64,000 nt of DNA from Bugula neritina (Eukaryota > Animalia > Bryozoa), in the NCBI GenBank assembly GCA_964035545.1, contig OZ037766.1, positions 28,937,673 through 29,001,672 on the forward strand. Direction: 5' to 3'. The translations under genes were made by a program, and so were the position numbers. The notes beneath the pieces were generated by a model. It did no database searches. It worked only from the letters and a program-made list of their open reading frames with translations, and had not been told where the DNA came from. Positions 38,126-52,947 of the stretch are shown here, piece by piece. Position 1 is the stretch's first letter, and each line of letters opens with the position of its first letter.

Positions 38126-40948
38126 TTACTTAGAACAAACAACACAAGTAAGCTGTTTGTTTGCATCATATGGTGTACATTGTCCAGTATTTCCTAACCC
38201 TGAACAATCAGTTCTGACAAAGTAAAACATAGCTCCATCTGTGTTATCACCCAGTCCTGTAAGGTACTCAGGATATTGATCTACACACTCATATGTAGCT
38301 GGATGAGCATTGATATCACGCTGAGTCATTAGGTAACCTGAAAAAGTATATAGAGAGATGTTGAACTCCACTAAAAACATTACTTATAGCAACATAATAT
38401 CTTTACATATTGTGGCAAGTTTTATCATAATCCTTTGTCTAACCTTTATAGGATAGCACTACTTCAGCAAGCATGGTAATGGCAAATACACTAGTGGCAT
38501 ATATTTAGCTTTTCAAACTCTGATCTATAAATGATTCCTAAGAAGAACTTTGAAACACGTTGGCAAGAAACTCACAAATTCTGATTTAATGATATTTGGC
38601 ATTGAATATACAACTCCTAATAAGTTCAATAATTCTAGTTCATAATTTCTAAACGCAATGTCAATATTTAGTAGATTATATATTAATCATTGCCAACTTT
38701 CAAGAAAAATTAATGTCAATTACCTTCATACTCCTTTGTCCACCCAGATGGACAAGATCTCTTAGCTGGAATCATCATAAGAGCTGGTCTGGTCTCTGTA
38801 TAACATCTGGCACATGGTACATTCCGGTTAAAGGTTGAAGTTGAAAAGATTCCATAACTATAAGATTGATATTCTGCACCATTCATAGCAGAGCCTCTAA
38901 ACTCGCCGCTAGTGTATACTCTGTTATATTGGGGGTCAGGGGGCATGCACTGGTAGTTGACTCCACCTCCAGTGTTTGTATAATATTCACCACCAGCGAA
39001 TCCTGACAAAATATAACTGTTTTATTAGTATAAATGGTTGCACATATGATTAGTAAACATCACTTAATCATGCAGTTCAACACCTAATAAGTTAATTTAC
39101 TTTGCGTTAGCTAGTACACTTTTTAGAGGTAATAGCTGATCTACATTGTCATATTTTTCATATATAACTAAACCTATACTGTGATGTATAATAATGATGA
39201 TCAAATTTACCTTCATAAAGTAAAGTTGATTGAGAACCACAAGATTTTCTTCCCCATCTTACATAAACAGCTCCTCCTTCAACATGTGCCACATTGCCAG
39301 GAGCACCTTTTATTCCTTTCATACCAGAAGCACCTGTAGCACCTTTTGCTCCAGGATTCCTATTTTTTCCAGGTATTCCAGAAGCCCCTTGAGTTCCATT
39401 GACACCAGGCAAACCAGAAATACCAGGTGATCCCGAATCTCCTTTAGCTCCTTTAAACCCAGTAGCCCCTGTTGGACTTGTAAGTCCGGGACTACCGGAT
39501 AATCCATCTCTCCCTATTTATTGAAAATAACTAAAAGCTGTTATACACAAAACAGTATTTGTTAAAATGACATAAAGATGCTTGTAATATGATGTAAATG
39601 TGAATTGAAGAGTTAAGTTTTGCTGTCCATCTTTACCATCTCTGCCATCTTTACCATCATCTCCATCTTTACCATCTTTACCATCTTTACCATCTTCTCC
39701 ATCTTTACCATCTTCTCCATCTTTACCATCTTTATCATCTTTACCATCTTTACCATCTTGGCCATTTTTACCATCTGCACCATCCTTACCAGCAACACCT
39801 CTAACCCCTAACACACATTGAGAACACATGATGACAAAATTAAGAATATAGCCTTTTAATGTCCTACATGTGTTAATGCATATAGCACCTTTATTGTGGG
39901 AATACAAGTCTTTGCAACAGCATGGAATTTAACAAAATTTAGATCTTACAAACATTTACAGCCGTATTATTCAATGAAATATACAAACACCTACAAACTA
40001 AGTATTCACTAATATTCTTGGAAATACAATAAATTGTACAACTGGTTGTGGTTGAGTGCATGGTTAGTATATAATATTATTGGCTGCGCTAGCAATAGCT
40101 CTCATATTAGTAGTATCAGTACAAATAGTATTTATAGTAGCAGTGATAGTGGTATAGTGGTAGTAGCAGTGATAGTGGTAGTGATAGTAGCAGTAGTAGC
40201 TGTGGTGGCAACATGAGCACCTATAAACTATAAAAGTCAAGTTTTTACCAAAAATACATATTTGTTCCAGCAAAAACGAAAACTTTTCTCCATCACTTTC
40301 ACTAAAACTTTTCGTTTTAGGCAATTCTCCAGTCAACAGCTTGAAAAAAAAGAAAATGTAGCAGAGAGAGCTGTTACTTTATACTCAAATCTACTCATTG
40401 AGTACATTATTATATGCATGCATTGTATTTTATATATTATTGTATAGTATTGCATGTTATTGTAGTAAATAAAATAGCAACACCGCACACATGAAGTTTT
40501 TATAAAGCTTCCAAACCCCTTTCTGACAAATAAATACAAAATTTAAATGTTTAAAGTATTCTTTGAGTAAAATATAATTACTTCTTCAGAGCTCTAGGCA
40601 ATCCCAAAACAACTATAGCTGATATATAGTTCTAACTTACAGCTTTGAGTAAGGAGTAAACTGTTGCTTGTAACTCTACAATAGTTTTCTGTTGAGTTTC
40701 AGATTCTTGCTGTTGAAGCTCTAATTCTTGCTGTAAAGCTTTATCTTTTAGCTGTAAGACTTCAACTTGCTGCTGTAAAACTCTCTTTTTTGCTAATGCG
40801 TTTTATTTTGTTGTTTGAGAATAACAATCAGTTCTTCTCTTTGCTCTGCCAGCAACTCTCTAACACTCTCTACATCATAACTTCCAACACCAGCTGAGTA
40901 TCCAATCAGATAACAGAGTGTGACCAAAGTTACTACTGGAACACGCAT
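38126..40948 (-). pseudogene. Short-chain collagen C4-like copy C2; multiply inactivated
   Basis: Exon 1 has CAG->TAG (40795-40793) plus a 1-bp deletion. The exon-3 donor is deleted at ~39620, and there is a Gly->Arg change in the helix (GKNRNPG). Head exons are still open. Confidence 0.88.
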
Positions 40949-42361
40949 CTTTGTGTTTTTTTAACTAAGCTTTTACAAACTCAGATCACAAGGACACATT
41001 AACACTGTCTATAACACTTTCTTCTTGGGACCTCGTTTAGTAAAGCCTTCTGACTCACCTCTAGCACACTATGATTAGAAACAGAGTTTATACAACTTTA
41101 ATATTCACGAAGAGCCAATGATTAAGTCACATCTATTAGCTGGACCCAGCTGCTGTGTAATCAATCTCTCTACTTTAATCAGTTTGCTCATGAGATAGGA
41201 ATAAGTCTTTTGTTCCATTATTATAAAATATGCATTTTATTGCCATTTGGTTTTGTACTGTACCTATTATCTTTCCAAAATAATACACAGTTTCTTCTTT
41301 TTTATTTAATTTGAATAATTTGCTTTTTAATTTTTAAACTGCAAATACTTGTTCAAAGATTCTGGTTGCTTATAGGATCCTTATATACATTGTTATTGTT
41401 TACTATCACTATATTGTTATTGTTTACTATCACTATATATTGTTATTGTTTACTATCATTATATTTTTATTGTTTACTAGCTATCACTATACCCTGTTAT
41501 TTTTCATCGATATTATAGGCCTACTATAGTTTTAATTTGGCTATTTTGTTATTTTCTGGCACTTAGTGATGCACTTTATTTTTGATTATGAACGTCATCA
41601 CTATAGCTTTAAAACTTTGTTTTACTTATAGAATGTGTACCATAACTTACAGCTGCACATTTAACTTATTATTTTTATAAAGTCACACGCCTAACCCAAC
41701 ACCTAACCAACCTAACCTTAACCTAACCCATCCAACTTTGATGTAAAAAGGAAGTTATTAGAATTCCCTTTGACATCAGTATTTATATATTTGAAAAACT
41801 CAACATTCTGATCTTATCATCTCATAGAAAAACTCAGTTTAAAAATTTTTTATAGACTGTATATTGAGGTATTCAGTTTAAGAAGGAAGTTCCTGGTTCA
41901 TATCAGCTCATAAAATAACTAATAATCATCAGTATTCAGTCGCATTCAGTGTTATCTGATTCAATCATCAGTTCTGAGTACAAGTTTATTATCAGAATAA
42001 TAGAAATATTTCATTCTTTTTAAGTAAACTCATGCATACTAATTTTAGGTATGCTTTGCTTTTATGTCATTTCTCTTTTACCTGAATTTTTTTATAAAAA
42101 GCATTACCAGCTTTTACTTACTAACAGCATACCAGCTGTTTAATTTGCTTTTTTCTATGAGAACTAAAATGTTTTACAATAAAAATATATTACACTTTTT
42201 ATTGCGACTAAAGTTATAGATAATGTTGTGGCTGAGATAACATTTTGTGTAACATAAAATGATATATTCTGATGAAGTAGTGAAAAATTGAAAGCCAGTG
42301 TCACAGACTTCATTGCTTACAAGTGATAGAAACTGTTGCACTTTTGCAATAGCAAGCCTGC

Positions 42362-45116
42362 TTATTTAGAACAAACAACACAAGTAAGCTGTTTCTTGTC
42401 ATCATATGGTGGACAATGTCCAGTACTTCCATACCCTGAACAGTCAGCTCTGATAAAGTAAAACAGAGCTCCATTTGTGCTACCACTCAGTCCTGTAATG
42501 TACTCAGGATATTGATCTACGCACTCATATGTAGTTGGTTTAAAATCATGTCTTGAAGTCATAAGGTATCCTGAAAACACAAGCATATAAAACATTTTAA
42601 AGGAATTTAGACATGGGCAGTTTCTGTGAGCTTAAAGCAGTGAATAATGTGCCAGCCGTGTATGTGTGTGTGTGTATGGTGTGTGTGCGTGTGTGCGTGT
42701 ATGTGTGTGCATGTATGTATGTGTGCATGTGTGTGTATGTGTGCATGTGTGTGTCTGTGTGTGTCTGTGTGTGTATGTGTGTGTGTGTGTGTATGTGTGT
42801 GTGTGCGTGTATGTGTGTGTATGTGTGTGTATGTGTGTGCAGTTGTTTTTAACACTCAACCTTTATATAATAAAGTTGATTCTGCAATGCAGCTAGTTCT
42901 TCCCCATCTTGTATAAACAGCACCTTCTTCCACCTTATCAGATGGTGAACCTTTGATACCCTTTTCTCCTTTGCTCCCTGTTAAACCTTTCAAACCAACT
43001 TGTCCAGGTAATCCTGCTCTGCCAGTAGCTCCTTTTTGTCCAACAGCTCCTTTTGTTCCTTTCAGGCCTGGTGCACCAACTTCACCTTCTGAGCCTTTAT
43101 CTCCCTTTGAACCTTGAGAACCTGGAAATCCAGCATTTCCAGGTAAACCAGTAATACCCATATCTCCTTTGAGACCCTTTGGACCCATTAGGCCAGGTGC
43201 ACCAGGAACTCCATCTCTGCCTGTATGAAGCAAAACGTAATTCAAAAGTAAAACCTACAGGAACGGATTTTCATAAATACTTACACTATGTTGTCTGTTA
43301 TGAGAACAGCAACACTAAACTATTACCAACCACTAACACTGAGATATACTATGTACATGCATGTATCTTACCATCACGACCAGCAGCTCCATCTCTTCCA
43401 TCTCTGCCATTGCTACCATCTTTACCACTCAACCCCCTAACACCTTAAAAGCAAAGTATGCATGATATATTATAGGTCGCTGTTTTCTCACTTTTTGAAA
43501 GCAAACCAATGAATTAATGCGCAATTAAAAACTGCGTGAATAACAGCTTTTGCAAAGTTATACTCTAGAGCTTGAATAAATACAAATATAATTAAAATTG
43601 GGGTGCATGAAGGTGCAATTAGGCTTACTTTAGTTTGAATGAAAAACTTTGAACAAATATGTTCAGGACAATTAGAAAAAAACTTTTACAAATTTAAGCA
43701 AATCACTTTCTAAACTATGTTTACCAAAGATGCAAATTTTCTCAACCAGATCACTTAAATCTCCTTCTTCTAGTCTTTCAATGTTTGTTTCTTTTGGCAA
43801 TTTCCCATTCAATAACTAAAAAAAGCAGATGGTATTTTAGTAATCATATTCTTGCTAGTGCAAATTTTTCTAAAACTACATCTATAGTAACACAATATAA
43901 GTATTGTATTATCTCATAATATTATAGTATAACAATAGCTGCATTATTTCAAAAATCATGAAAAAGGATCAATTAGTACTTATGTTGTTCAACAAAGCTA
44001 AATGCTAAAATCTAAAGACTAACTGCTTTATGTTGAATTGGCATTCAAATGCACGTTTGAAAAGCAAATATTGTTCATTATAATATAATGTAAATTATAT
44101 TTTACATTGTATAGCACAATTCAGTTCAATGATACCAAGTTTAAGCTGGGTTGACTTTTTACAACATTCACTGCACTTTAATTACAGTAAGTTCTGCTAA
44201 AATACAACAAAGAAAAGGCATCCTTTGTAAATACTTACAGCGTTGAGCAATGAATACACAGTGTCTTGTAGCATTTCAATTTTTTTCTCCTGCAGTTCTA
44301 TCTGCTGCTGCTGGGCTTCTGTCTGCTGTCTGACAACTTCAAGTATTGTTGCTTCCAGCTTTTGCTGTTGCTCTTCTAATAACTTTTTGAATTCTTCCCC
44401 ATTTCCACTCACCAGATTTGCAGGAAAGCAAGCAAGTAATAAGATGCAGAGTGCAGTTACTAAAAATATTATAAGTAAATAACTAAATGAGTCATACATA
44501 GAACTGTAATACATTACATTTTGTAAGTTGACATATAATACTTGTATATAGCAATTTAATTATGCTAAATTCTAGTTATATTATAATTGCAATTTGTATA
44601 ACAAATTAAAAAGCATTACTTTATTAGGATTTGAAATACTTTACATAAGATATTTTATTGGCATTGCTACATTTTTATTCCATTCATTTTGTTAAAGTTT
44701 ACATTATAGTTCAAAGCAGAATAATCTAAAATACTGCAACCATATTTGTACGATTATATATTACATAGTTTTTCCTAAACTCTATTGCTAAGAGCCTAGT
44801 AGCAAGAGTAGGACATAAACATTGTTATTTATAGCATCACAGAAATTGAATCTAATTTTTCCATACCTTATAAACAATTCATTACTTTTATCAGTCTTAG
44901 AAATGTATGTATATTACTAAATATTAATTCTTACCTATCTCCACTTTGTCCTGTTTGGGTAGCAAGACTACCAAATATTAATGCTCAATCAATATTCATC
45001 AATGAAAACAATTGGATTGAAAATATTAATTTGATAATTTGCTAGCCACCAAACTGTCAGCTTTTAAATAGAAGATGGAAACATTAATTCTTACCTTCAG
45101 AATAATAAACCTTCAT
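42362..45116 (-). CDS. Short-chain collagen C4-like copy B3; lacks the 282-nt middle head exon (in-frame deletion variant or pseudogene)
   Basis: The junction at ~42658 joins the last intron directly to the (TG)n tract. The remaining exons are open, and the missing exon is phase 1-1, so LYKG|YLMTSRH splices in frame. Confidence 0.7.
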
Positions 45117-48100
45117 CTCTACCTTTTAAATGTAAATGAAAGACATGAAATCTACGAAATGAATTGTTGGTAATAAATTGATTACATTCCTTGTCTAAAC
45201 TAATCCAATCAATGGAGAGCTTTTTATTGCTGCTATAGATCCATGAACATAAGATAAATAGATTAAAGAAAGAGTACATATAATTTCTTTTATCTTTTTT
45301 GTCATTCGACTCTCAATTGAAAACTCAATTTTACTAGTTTGCATTTCAAATCAGATTATATATTATTTTGTGCTACATTTTTGTTATATTGCAAAGAAAA
45401 CTTGTTAAACCACTGTTTAATCTATAAATACATAAACCTAAATATATACCAAAACTTGCTTAACAGCCCCAACCAGTGACCTGCATGATAAAAATTGTAA
45501 AAGAGGTTTTTATTGAAATATATTAGCACATTAAAATAGCTAAAATATTAAAAAGTTAGATGTTAACTTTATCATGTTTCTGAAAAAGCATTTGAATTTA
45601 CTACTTCAACTAGATAGTTGGCTTATATGTATGTATATGTATATGTATATGCATGCCCGGATGTGGATATGTGTGCACATATAGGTAAATTTTGCAGTGG
45701 TTATGTCAGAAAAAATGCTTTGAAAGATATATTTTTGAAAACACACGCTATAAATTAGAGGTGGGCATGAGTTGAATTGAATATATATATATGCATTTTG
45801 AAAAGTACAATAAGTTGCATAGCTACAGATTAGGTAACGCTATGCAAAGCTAGCAAAGAAAAGGATGATTAAACAAAATCATAAAACTTAGCTGTAATTT
45901 CTTTCAACATCTGTGTACATGTATACAATGCCTGTACGTGTGTCTGTGCGTATATATACAAGTATGTGCATGCATACATGTGCACTTCTCTAACAAAGAG
46001 TTTGTATAGCTGTTTTATGGAAACTAATTTTATGTTATACTCAAGAAAAACATTTCTGATTGCTTAATAAAAATTAAAAATACTGCCTGAAAAAGATGTA
46101 AACCTAATTTGCTCATGTAAACTGTGCTTTTAAGCTTGCAAAACTTTTCTACGATGAAATTAACAATGTAATTATTCCATTACAAAAGACAGTTTATAAA
46201 ATGTATACCCAAGTGTTTTTATTATTAGACTGTATATTGAGGCAGTCAATTTAAGAAGGAAGTTCCTGGTTCACATCAGCTCATAGAATAACTAATAATC
46301 ATCAGTATTCAGTCACATTCAGTGTTATCTGATTCAACCATCAGCTCTCAGTACAAGTTTATTATCGAAATAATAAAAAAAAATTAGTCGTTTTATATTA
46401 ACTCATGTAAATTAACTTAAGGTATGCTTTACTTTTAAATAGTTTCTCTTTTACCAGAATAATAAAAATATTTTATTTTCCTTATATAAACGCATGTTTT
46501 AGGTATGCTGAGTTTTTACGTCATTGCTCTTGTGACCAATTTTTTTGATGGTAGGAAATAGCTGCATATTTAATTTGTAACAATATTACAATACTGCACA
46601 CCATGGCACTTGCACTGTCATAAGTGTACAATAAGTGGGTGGGGAGTTAGTGAAATCTAAATATTGGATTACAGATAAATTTGCTGGTGGAATAGGCTGT
46701 GTTCTTTGACAGTGTCCAAGCTGGAACTCATATAGACAAAGACTATACATGCTCAAAAATGAAGTTTTCTGCACCCAAACTAATTTACATTTGTGCAGTT
46801 GATCACGGCTGTATTTATTTTTAGCATAATGTAATGCTTAGTATATAATACTGTTTGCTATTCAAAATAGCAAGTGGTAACTGAATGAGAAATGCATTTA
46901 CCACATTGTCATATGCTACCATATTACAGTTGAATGCTATAAGTAGAATCAAGCAAAAATTTAGACTTTATTTAAATTTGCTACACTATATGCACCTGAA
47001 ATAATTTGCTTGCTTTAACTTCCTGCAGTAAGTTATGAGGTGCTTAGAATAAAATTCAACAAGAACCGTCATCAAGTTTTCAAGGCCAAGAGTTGACTTT
47101 TCTGACATCACAACTGTCTGATTGCTGAATGCAGTATAGTCCAGTTTGTGCAATGTGGCGTTGAAGCTATTTGCTAGCACCTCGAAAAACTCGTTGAGAG
47201 TTCAGTAAGTATTCTGAACATTGTGTTAGTGCTTATCTATATGAGTCTGAATATTTCACAACTTTGTTCCAGACTATAACAGAGTCAAAATAGTCTAAAT
47301 TAAATCTCCACAATGTCTAATATTGCCAACATATGTATATGTATATGTATAGATTTACCTGGCATACAAAAACTGCTTAAAGTCTGGACCTTCAAGTTAT
47401 TAAAAAAAAATATAATGGCGAAATTATATTTGCTAAAACTTGATTTAGTATACCCATATTTTCTTAAAAGAATAGGATTATTAATTTTATTTTTGCTATA
47501 TTTTTACAAGCTGCAAGAAATGTTTTGAATGCAGCTTTTTAGTTAAATTAGACGACTGAGGTATATTTTGCTGCTGAAAACTCATGTCTGCTATATATTG
47601 TATTGTAGTTTATTAGTAGTATATTGTTATAAACACAGTATATGACATCATCCTTTGAGCAAACAGGCTCTCTTATTATAGCAAGCAAGGCATAAATCAA
47701 AGCACAATCAAAAGTCGCATTCATATCTTCACAGTCTCCAGTCCGAAACTCAATTTGGCCGAGTTGAAATTTTACTAAGTTGCATTGGACTCTAAAAGCT
47801 TTTTGCTACTGACCAGAATTAGCACTCAACTGATATCTGCTATAGCCAATAACTATAATATTCTAGTTGATTGGTAATATATCAATACATACTTAGCATG
47901 ATGTGGCATCATCCGTTAAACAGGATGAAATGATAGAAGGCTTCTGTGTAACGAGCAAGGTGTAAACCAAAGCACAATCAATCTAAAGAGAATGTGTGGT
48001 GTGAGCAAGTTAGAGTCAAGGTAGAACCAATGGACATATTCCAAATTATCTTACTCAGAATTTAATTCTATAGCAATGACTCCACAAAACGTGACATACC

Positions 48101-48606
48101 CGTTTGCTTTTGTGAAAATCACTCTCCTTATATATTATAATGCACAATACTGTCATTAAATTGTTTGTATTAAAGCCTAGTGTAGTGTATGAGCTACATT
48201 CTGTAAAATTAAAGTAAACAAAAATAAACGTATTATAAACAAGGCTTAGCCACTTTCTTCTTCAGGTAAGGGGTTTTTAATTAGGAATCTATGGTACCAA
48301 AAACTAAAGGTTTGATTTATACAATTTTATAACAGAGTAAGTAAATTAAAGAAAACAGAAATTTATAAATAGTGCAGCTTGAAAATTTATTTTGCTTTGC
48401 AATTTAAATAGTTTATCGACATAAATTATTTAAACATGTTATTCTTACAAAGAGCTTTATAATAAAATACAATAAATTATTATATTAATTATAGCTACTT
48501 GACTTAACTGTCTTACATTTTAGTACTAGATTGAAAAACCAATGGTAACACACTAAACTTATTAAAAAATATAAAAACTATTCTACTTTTGTTAGCACAA
48601 AGCTAT

Positions 48607-51392
48607 TTACTTAGAACAAACAACACAAGTAAGCTGTTTGTTTGCATCATATGGTGTACATTGTCCAGTAGTTCCCTGCCCTGAAAAATCAGTTCTGACA
48701 AAGTAGAACAGAGCTCCATCTGAATTACTACCCAGTCCTGTTATGTACTCAGGATATTGATCTACACACGCATATGTAGCTGGGTAAGCATGGACATCAC
48801 GCTCAGTCATTAGGTAACCTGAAAAGTATATAGAGGGATGTTGAACTCCCCTGTAAATACTATTTATAGCAACATTATATCTTTGTATGTTGTGGCAAGT
48901 TTTTTCATAATTCTTTGCTAACTTTTATAGGATAGCACTACTTCACCAAGCATGGTAATGACAAATACACGAGTGGCATATATTTAACTTTTCAAACTCT
49001 AATCTATAAATAATTCATAAGAAGAACTCTGGAACAAGTTGGCAAGAAACCCACAAATTATGATTAAATGATCTTAGGCATTGAATATACAACTCCTAAT
49101 AAGTTCAATAATTCTAGTTCATAATTTCTAAAAGCAATGTCAACATTTAGTAGATTGTATATTAATTATTGCCAACTTTCAAGAAAAATTAATCTCAATT
49201 ACCTTCATACTCCTTAGTCCACCCAGATGGACAAGATCTCTTAGCTGGAATCATCATAAGAGCTAGTCTGGTCTCTGTATAACATCTGGCACATGGTACA
49301 TTTTAGTTAAAGGTTGAAGTTGAAAAGATTCCATAACTATAAGATTGATATTCTGCACCATTCATAGCAGAGCCTCTAAACTCGCCGCTAGTGTAAGCTT
49401 TGTTATATTGTAGATCAAAGGGCATACACTGGTAGTTAACTCCACCTCCAGTTTTTCCAGAATATTCACCACCAGCGAATCCTGACAAAATATAACTGTC
49501 TTAATGGTATAAATGGTTGTATATACAATGGTTGTATACATATGATTAGTAAACATTACCTAATCAGTTTAACACTTAATTAGTTAGTTTACTTTGTGTT
49601 TAATAGCTAGTACGCTTCTTAGAGGTAATAGCTGATCTATATTATTGTCTTATTTTTCATGTATAACTAAACTGTGATGTAAAATAATAATGATCAAATT
49701 CACCTTCATAAAGTAAAGTTGATTGAGAACCACAAGATTTTCTTCCCCATTTTACGTAAACAGCACCTCCTTCAACATGTGCCACATTGCCAGAAGCACC
49801 TTTTACTCCTTTCATGCCAGAAGCACCTTTCATTCCTGTAGGACCAGCTGCACCTGTAGCACCTTTTATGCCAGGATTCCCATTTTTTCCAGGTATTCCA
49901 GAAGCTCCTCGAGTTCCATTGACACCAGGCAAGCCAGAAATACCAGGTGATCCTAAATCTCCTTTAGCTCCTTTAAACCCAGGAGCCCCTGTTGGACCTG
50001 TAAGTCCGGGACTACCGGGTACTCCATCTCTCCCTATTTATTAAAAGTAACTAAAAGCTGCAGTTATACGCAGAACAGTATTCGCTAAAATGACATATAG
50101 GACACTTGTAATCTGATGTAAATTGAATTGATGAGTTAAGTTTCTCTCACCTTCACGACCATTTGCACCATCTTTACCATCTTTACCATCATCTCCATCT
50201 TTACCATCTCTACCATCTCTACCATCTTTACCAGAAACACCTCTAACCCCTAACACACATTGAGAACACATGATGACAAAATTAAGAATATAGCCTTTTA
50301 ATGTCCTACACGTGTTAATGCATATAGCACCTTTTATAGTGTGGAAATACAAGTCCTTGCAACAGCATAGAATTTTACAAAATTTAGGCCTTACAAAAAT
50401 TTACAGCCGTATTATTCAATAAAAAATACAAACACCTATAAACTCAGTATTCACTAATATTTTTGGAAATACAATAAATTGTACAACTGGTAGTGGTTGA
50501 GTGCATGGTTAGTATTATATTATTGGCTGCGCTAGCAATGGCTCTCATATTAGTAGCATCAGTACAAATAGTATTTATAGTAGCAGTGATAGTGGTAGTG
50601 GTAGTGGCAGTGATAGTGGTAGTGATAGTAGCAGTAGTAGCTGTGGTGGCAACATGAGCACCTATAAATTATAAAAGTCAAGTTTTTACCGAAAATACAT
50701 ATTTGTTCCAGCAAAAACGAAAACTTTTCTCCGTCACTTTCACTAAAACTTTTCGTTTTAGGCAATTCTCCAGTCAACAGCTTGAAAAGAAAGAAAATGT
50801 AGCAGATAGAGCTGTTACTTTATACTTAAATCTACTCATTGAGTACATTATTATATGCATGCATTGCATTTTATATATTATTGTATAGTATTGCATGTTA
50901 CTGTATAGTAAATAAAATAGCAACACCGCACACATGAAGTTTTTATAAAGCTTCCAATCCCAATTCTGACAAATCGATACAAAATTTAAATGTTTAAAGT
51001 ATTCTTTGAGTAAAATATAATTACTTCTTGAGAGCTCTAGGCAATCCCAAAACAACTATAGCTGATATATAGTTCTAACTTACAGCTTTGAGTAAGGAGT
51101 AAACTGTTGCTTGTAACTCTACAATAGCTTTCTGTTGAGTTTCAGATTCTTGCTGTTGAAGCTCTAATTCTTGCTGTAAAGCTTTATCTTTTAGCTGTAA
51201 GACTTCAACTTGCTGCTGTAAAACTCTCTTTTGTTGCTGATTCGTTTTATTCTGTTGTTTGAGAATAACCATCAGTTCTTCTCTTTGCTCTGCCAGCAAC
51301 TCTCTAACACCCTCTACATCATAACTTCCAACACCAGTTGAGTATCCAATCAGAGAACAGAGTGTGACCAAAGTTACTACTGGAACACGCAT
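48607..51392 (-). pseudogene. Short-chain collagen C4-like copy C3; premature stop in head domain
   Basis: CAA->TAA at 49305-49303 (STFN*). A conserved Cys is also lost (TDFSG vs TDCSG), and YECVD is changed to YACVD. Confidence 0.85.
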
Positions 51393-52947
51393 CTTTTATG
51401 GTGTTATTTTACCAAAACTTTTATGAAATCAAAGCACAAGGACACATTCGAACTGTCTATAACACTTTCTTCTTGGGACCTCGTTTAGTAAAGCCTTCTG
51501 ACTCACCTCTAGCACACTATGATTAGAAACAGAGTTTATACAACTTTAATATTCACGAAGAGCCAATGATTAAGTCACATCTGTTAGCTGGACCCAGCTG
51601 CTGTGTAATCAATCTCTCTACTTTATTCAGTTTGCTCATGAGATAGGAATAAGTCTTTTGTTACATTATTATAAAATTTACATTTTATTGCCATTTGGTT
51701 TTGTACTGTACCTATTATCTTTCCAAAATAATACACAGTTTCTTCTTTTTTATTTAATTTGAATAATTTGCTTTTTAATTTTTAAACTGCAAATACTTGT
51801 TCAAAGATTCTGGTTGCTTATAGGATTCTTATATACATTGTTATTGTCTACTATCACTATAATATTGTTATTGTTTACTATCACTATATTATTATTGTTT
51901 AATATCAATATATTGTTATTGTTTACTATCACTATATTGTTATTGTTTACTATCAATATATTGTTATTGTTTACTATCACTATATTGTTATTGTTTACTA
52001 TCACTATATTATTATTGTTTACTATCACTATATTGTTATTGTTTACTATCACCATATTGTTATTGTTTACTATCACTACCCTGTTATTTTTTATCAATAT
52101 TATAGGCCTACTATAGTTTTCATTTGGCTATTTTGTTATTTTCTGGCACTTGGTGATGCACTTTATTTTTGATTATGAACGTCATCACTATAGCTTTAAA
52201 ACTTTGTTTTACTTATAGAATGTGTACCATAACTTATAGCTGCACATTAAACTTATTATTTTTATAAAGTCACACGCCTAACCCAACACCTAACCAACCT
52301 AACCTTAACCTACCCCCTCCAACTTTGGTGTAAAGAAGAAGTTATTAGAATTCCCTTTGACATCAGTACTTATATATTTGAAAAACTCAACATTCTGATC
52401 TTATCATCTCATAGAAAAACTCAGTTTAAGAATTTTTTATAGACTGTATATTGAGGTATTCAGTTTAAGAAGGAAGTTCCTGGTTCATATCAGCTCATAA
52501 AATAACTAATAGTCATCAGTATTCAGTCACATTCAGTGTTATCTGATTCAATCATCAGTTCTGAGTACAAGTTTATTATCAGAATAATAGAAATATTTCA
52601 TTCTTTTTAAGTAAACTCATGCATACTAATTTTAGGTATGCTTTGCTTTTATGTCATTTCTCTTTTACCTAAATTTTTTTATAAAAAGTAGTACCAGCTT
52701 TTACTTACTAACAGCATCCCAGCTGTTTTATTTGCTTTTTTCTATGAGAACTAAAATGTTTTACAATAAAAATATATTACACTTTTATTGCGACTAAAGT
52801 TATAGATAATGTTGTGGCTGAGATAACATTTTGTGTAATATAAAATGATATATTCTAATGAAGTAGTGAAAAATTGAAAGCCAATGTCACAGACTTCATT
52901 GCTTACAAGTGATAGAAACTGTTGCACTTTTGCAATAGCAAGCCTGC

